Of a stretch of DNA of 10,219 nucleotides, positions 7,565-10,219 are shown in pieces. The notes beneath the pieces are model-generated. The model was not told the DNA's origin, searched no databases, and saw only the letters and a program-made list of their open reading frames with translations. Positions within the stretch are counted from its first letter, which is position 1. The number at the start of each line of letters is the position of its first letter. The position numbers and the translations under genes were made by a program. This DNA is from Pseudomonadota bacterium (lineage in GTDB: Bacteria > Pseudomonadota > Gammaproteobacteria > JAKAQQ01). The DNA lies in assembly GCA_027320085.1 (NCBI GenBank), contig DAHVLZ010000022.1:1-10219 (forward strand), given 5' to 3'.

Positions 7565-7573
7565 TGGTATCTT
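7565..7573 (+). promoter_or_regulatory. Putative extended -10 promoter for exbB-exbD-msbA
   Basis: TG-G-TATCTT fits TGnTAnnnT, directly after the terminator-like hairpin. Confidence 0.4.
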
Positions 7574-7647
7574 GGGTCATGGAAAATCGGATCGATGAAG
7601 TGCATGTCCGGGACTGAGTCACCGGACACCGCCGGGTCGCATTCCCC

Positions 7648-8271
7648 ATGCTAGCCATCGTCGAGTCCGGGGGCTGGATCATGCTCCCCTTGCTCTTCTG
7701 CTCCATCCTCGCGGCGGCGATCACGCTCGAGCGTCTCTGGAGCCTCAAGCGCAGCCGCATCCTGCCGGCTCACCTCCTGGCCCGCGTCTGGGTCTGGATC
7801 CGCGACCGGGAATTGACCGAAGAACGCCTGGACGGCCTGCGCGAGGGATCCCCCCTGGGACGCATCCTGGCCGCGGCGCTCACGCACTGGGACGACGACC
7901 TTGCGGAAATCAAGGAACGGATGGAGGACACCGGACGCGAGGTCACCCATGAACTTTACCGCTATCTCAATACGCTGGGCACGATCGCCGGGATCTCTCC
8001 CCTGCTCGGTCTGCTCGGGACCGTGATCGGCATCATGCGGGCCTTTGCGTCCATCGAGGCGCACGGCGCGGGGGATCCCCGGCTGCTTGCGGGAGGAGTC
8101 GCCCAGGCCCTGATCACGACAGCGGCCGGACTCACGGTCGCCATTCCCTCGCTCGTGGCTTACCGCCTATTGCGGGGGCGCGCCGACAACCTGGTTTTGG
8201 CCATGGAACAGGCAGCACTTCGCTTCGTCGATTCGCTCCGTCATCACGACCGCGGGACGGGGAGACCATGA
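7648..8271 (+). CDS. exbB: MotA/TolQ/ExbB proton channel family protein (msbA-linked paralog)
   Basis: GGWIMLPL..S..A.AITLER, LGTIAGISPLLGLLGTVIGIM, GGVAQALITTAAGLTVAIP; three TM segments; ATGA overlap with the exbD-like gene. Confidence 0.9.
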   Translation: MLAIVESGGWIMLPLLFCSILAAAITLERLWSLKRSRILPAHLLARVWVWIRDRELTEERLDGLREGSPLGRILAAALTHWDDDLAEIKERMEDTGREVTHELYRYLNTLGTIAGISPLLGLLGTVIGIMRAFASIEAHGAGDPRLLAGGVAQALITTAAGLTVAIPSLVAYRLLRGRADNLVLAMEQAALRFVDSLRHHDRGTGRP

Positions 8272-8696
8272 AATTCCGGCGGGCCGAGCCGGAGATGCCT
8301 GAACTCAACGTGGTCTCCTTCATCGACGTGCTGCTCATGCTGCTCGTCTTCTTCATGCTGTCGACCACCTTCATCCAGAGTGCCCACCTGAGGATCCAGC
8401 TGCCCAAGGCGGCGATGGACGCGACCCCGATGAAGTCCGGACTCGTGATTACGATCGATCGCCACGGCCGTTACTACGTCGACCAGGAAGCCCTTTCCCG
8501 TTCGGGTGCCACGGCACTGGACCAGGCCATCCGTCGTTTCATCGGTCATCGCCGGCAGATCCCCGTCACGATTCGCGCCGATGCCCGGGTGCCCTACCAG
8601 TTCGTGGTGACGGCCCTGAACGCGGTCGGGCGGCTCGGGCTGCACCAGGTCAACCTGGTGACCGTGCGGACTGTGACGCCTCCCCGGGCACAATGA
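8268..8696 (+). CDS. exbD: ExbD/TolR family biopolymer transport protein
   Basis: ELNVVSFIDVLLMLLVFFMLSTTF (single TM with the conserved Asp), IQLPKA, VTIRADARVPY; SD-like GGGGAG. Confidence 0.92.
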   Translation: MKFRRAEPEMPELNVVSFIDVLLMLLVFFMLSTTFIQSAHLRIQLPKAAMDATPMKSGLVITIDRHGRYYVDQEALSRSGATALDQAIRRFIGHRRQIPVTIRADARVPYQFVVTALNAVGRLGLHQVNLVTVRTVTPPRAQ

Positions 8697-10219
8697 AGCT
8701 TTCTTTTTTCCATCTCGATCCGGAGGCACGGAGGGCCTATTTCCGCCTGTTGGCTTATATCCGTCCGTACTGGAAGGCCTTTGCCGCCTCCGTCTTCGGG
8801 ATGCTGCTTTATGCCTTGAGCCAGCCGGCCTTCACGGCGCTGATCCGGCCCCTCCTGAACGGCAGTTTCGCCCACGAGAAGGTCCCGTACCTGGACTGGA
8901 TTCCGCTCGTCATCGTGGGTGTTTTCCTGATTCGCGGCATCGCGGGATTCGGGGCCACCTACGGCATGGCATGGGTGGGGCGACGGGTCATCGAGCGTCT
9001 GCGCAGCGAAATGTTCGCCCGGCTCGTCCATTGGCCGGCCGCCCAGTACGACCGCCTGCAAGGCGGTTTTCTGGTCTCAACCATGACCTACAACATCGAG
9101 CAAATCGCAGAGGGGATCACCTATGCGCTCACCATCCTCATCCGGGACAGTCTCACGGTTGCCGGACTCGTGGGCTGGATGATCTACCTCGCGCCCGGAC
9201 TCTGTCTGTTTCTCTTGGTCGTGGCGCCCCTGGTCCTGGTTCTGGTGCGGGCGCTCAGCCGGCGTTTCCGGCGGGTCAATACCCATATCCAGCAGTCGAT
9301 GAGCGAGGTCACGGGATTGTCCGAGGAGGCGGTCGCAGGCCAGGCCGTGATCAAGACCTACAACGGGGCCGACTGGATCCGCCGGCGATTCGAGGCGGCG
9401 AACCGGCGGAACCGGGACTGGAATCTCAAACTGGCCGCGAACCTCGCGGCATCCGGCCCGCTCATCCAGTTCGTGGCGGGAGTCGGGATCGCGCTCGTGG
9501 TCTATGCGGCGCTCCTGTCACCCTGGTTCCATGTCGCCTCGGTCGGCACCTTCATCTCTTTCTTGAGTGCCCTGCTCCTGCTGCTCGCTCCACTCAAACA
9601 CCTGACCAACGTCAATGCGCCGATCCAGCGCGGGGTGGCGGCGGTGATTCCGGTCTTCGAGATCCTCGATTCGGCCCCGGAGTGCCTGGATCGGGGATTG
9701 CCGCTGTCCGGAAGCCGTGGCGATATCGAGTTCGACCGGGTCTCCTTCCGCTATGACGCGAACCTGCCCCCCGTCCTCGTGGACGTCACTTTCCGGATCC
9801 GTCCGGGTGAATCGGTGGCCCTGGTCGGCCGTTCGGGGAGCGGCAAGACCACGATCAGTGAACTTTTGGTCCGCCTCTACGATGCGAGTTCCGGAACGAT
9901 CCGCCTGGATGGGCACGATCTCCGGGACTGGCGGCTTTCGGATCTCCGGCACCAGATGACGCTCGTGAGCCAGGATGGACTCCTCTTCAATGCCACGATT
10001 GCGGAAAACATCGCCTACGGGTCCGAAGGGCCGGTGGAGCGGGCGGCGCTCGAATTGGTGGCAACGGAGGCTTTCCTGATCGAGGAGATCCGGAAGATGC
10101 CTCTGGGTTTCGAGACGCCGGTGGGTGAGCGTGGGATGCTTCTCTCCGGTGGTCAGCGCCAGCGCATCATGATTGCCCGGGCCCTGCTCCGGAAATCGCC
10201 GATCCTGATCCTCGACGAG
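8693..10219 (+). CDS. msbA: Lipid A export ABC transporter MsbA; 3' end outside window
   Basis: ATG 8693 overlaps the exbD stop (ATGA). It begins MKLSFFHLDPEARRAYFRLLAYIRPYWKAF, followed by a multi-TM domain, Walker A GRSGSGKTT, Q-loop LVSQD, VGERGMLLSGGQRQR, and Walker B ILILDE at the window edge (509 codons, frame consistent). The position after exbB-exbD is typical. Confidence 0.92.
   Translation, partial: MKLSFFHLDPEARRAYFRLLAYIRPYWKAFAASVFGMLLYALSQPAFTALIRPLLNGSFAHEKVPYLDWIPLVIVGVFLIRGIAGFGATYGMAWVGRRVIERLRSEMFARLVHWPAAQYDRLQGGFLVSTMTYNIEQIAEGITYALTILIRDSLTVAGLVGWMIYLAPGLCLFLLVVAPLVLVLVRALSRRFRRVNTHIQQSMSEVTGLSEEAVAGQAVIKTYNGADWIRRRFEAANRRNRDWNLKLAANLAASGPLIQFVAGVGIALVVYAALLSPWFHVASVGTFISFLSALLLLLAPLKHLTNVNAPIQRGVAAVIPVFEILDSAPECLDRGLPLSGSRGDIEFDRVSFRYDANLPPVLVDVTFRIRPGESVALVGRSGSGKTTISELLVRLYDASSGTIRLDGHDLRDWRLSDLRHQMTLVSQDGLLFNATIAENIAYGSEGPVERAALELVATEAFLIEEIRKMPLGFETPVGERGMLLSGGQRQRIMIARALLRKSPILILDE

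Noticed and set aside
3295-7760. Long antisense ORFs 3295-4191, 4380-5666, 5597-6970 and 6732-7760
   Set aside because: Each lies opposite a well-supported gene and shows no family motifs.
8971-9959. ORFs 8971-9756, 9717-9959 and minus ORFs within msbA; possible msbA frameshift
   Set aside because: They are alternative frames; the msbA start and its C-terminal Walker B are in the same frame, so no disruption is indicated.
1-10219. CRISPR array, rRNA, integrase or defence genes
   Set aside because: No regularly spaced repeats or such motifs were seen; the recurring units in 1-1949 are protein Asp-box repeats.

Overview
GC-rich bacterial chromosomal window, probably gammaproteobacterial (inferred from gene order and protein character). 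It is mostly housekeeping. Left to right: the 5' part of a secreted Asp-box (BNR)/VPS10-like beta-propeller protein (- strand, runs off the left edge, absent from the ORF track); a structured 405-bp divergent intergenic region; gpmA (+); a - strand unit of a small secreted protein, agmatine deiminase (aguA) and N-carbamoylputrescine amidase (aguB); and, divergent from it, an envelope cluster of lolC/E, lolD, exbB-like, exbD-like and msbA (runs off the right edge, also absent from the ORF track). The best leads are non-coding. A ~120-bp structured segment resembles, from memory only, the fused ends of an IS110-family element lacking its recombinase. comEC is absent from its usual lolD-exbB slot, which holds a terminator, an extended -10 and an in-frame uORF whose UGA sits in a hairpin loop. 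A lacO-like dyad lies at the predicted start of the aguAB operon. I cannot support a complete novel multi-gene system here.
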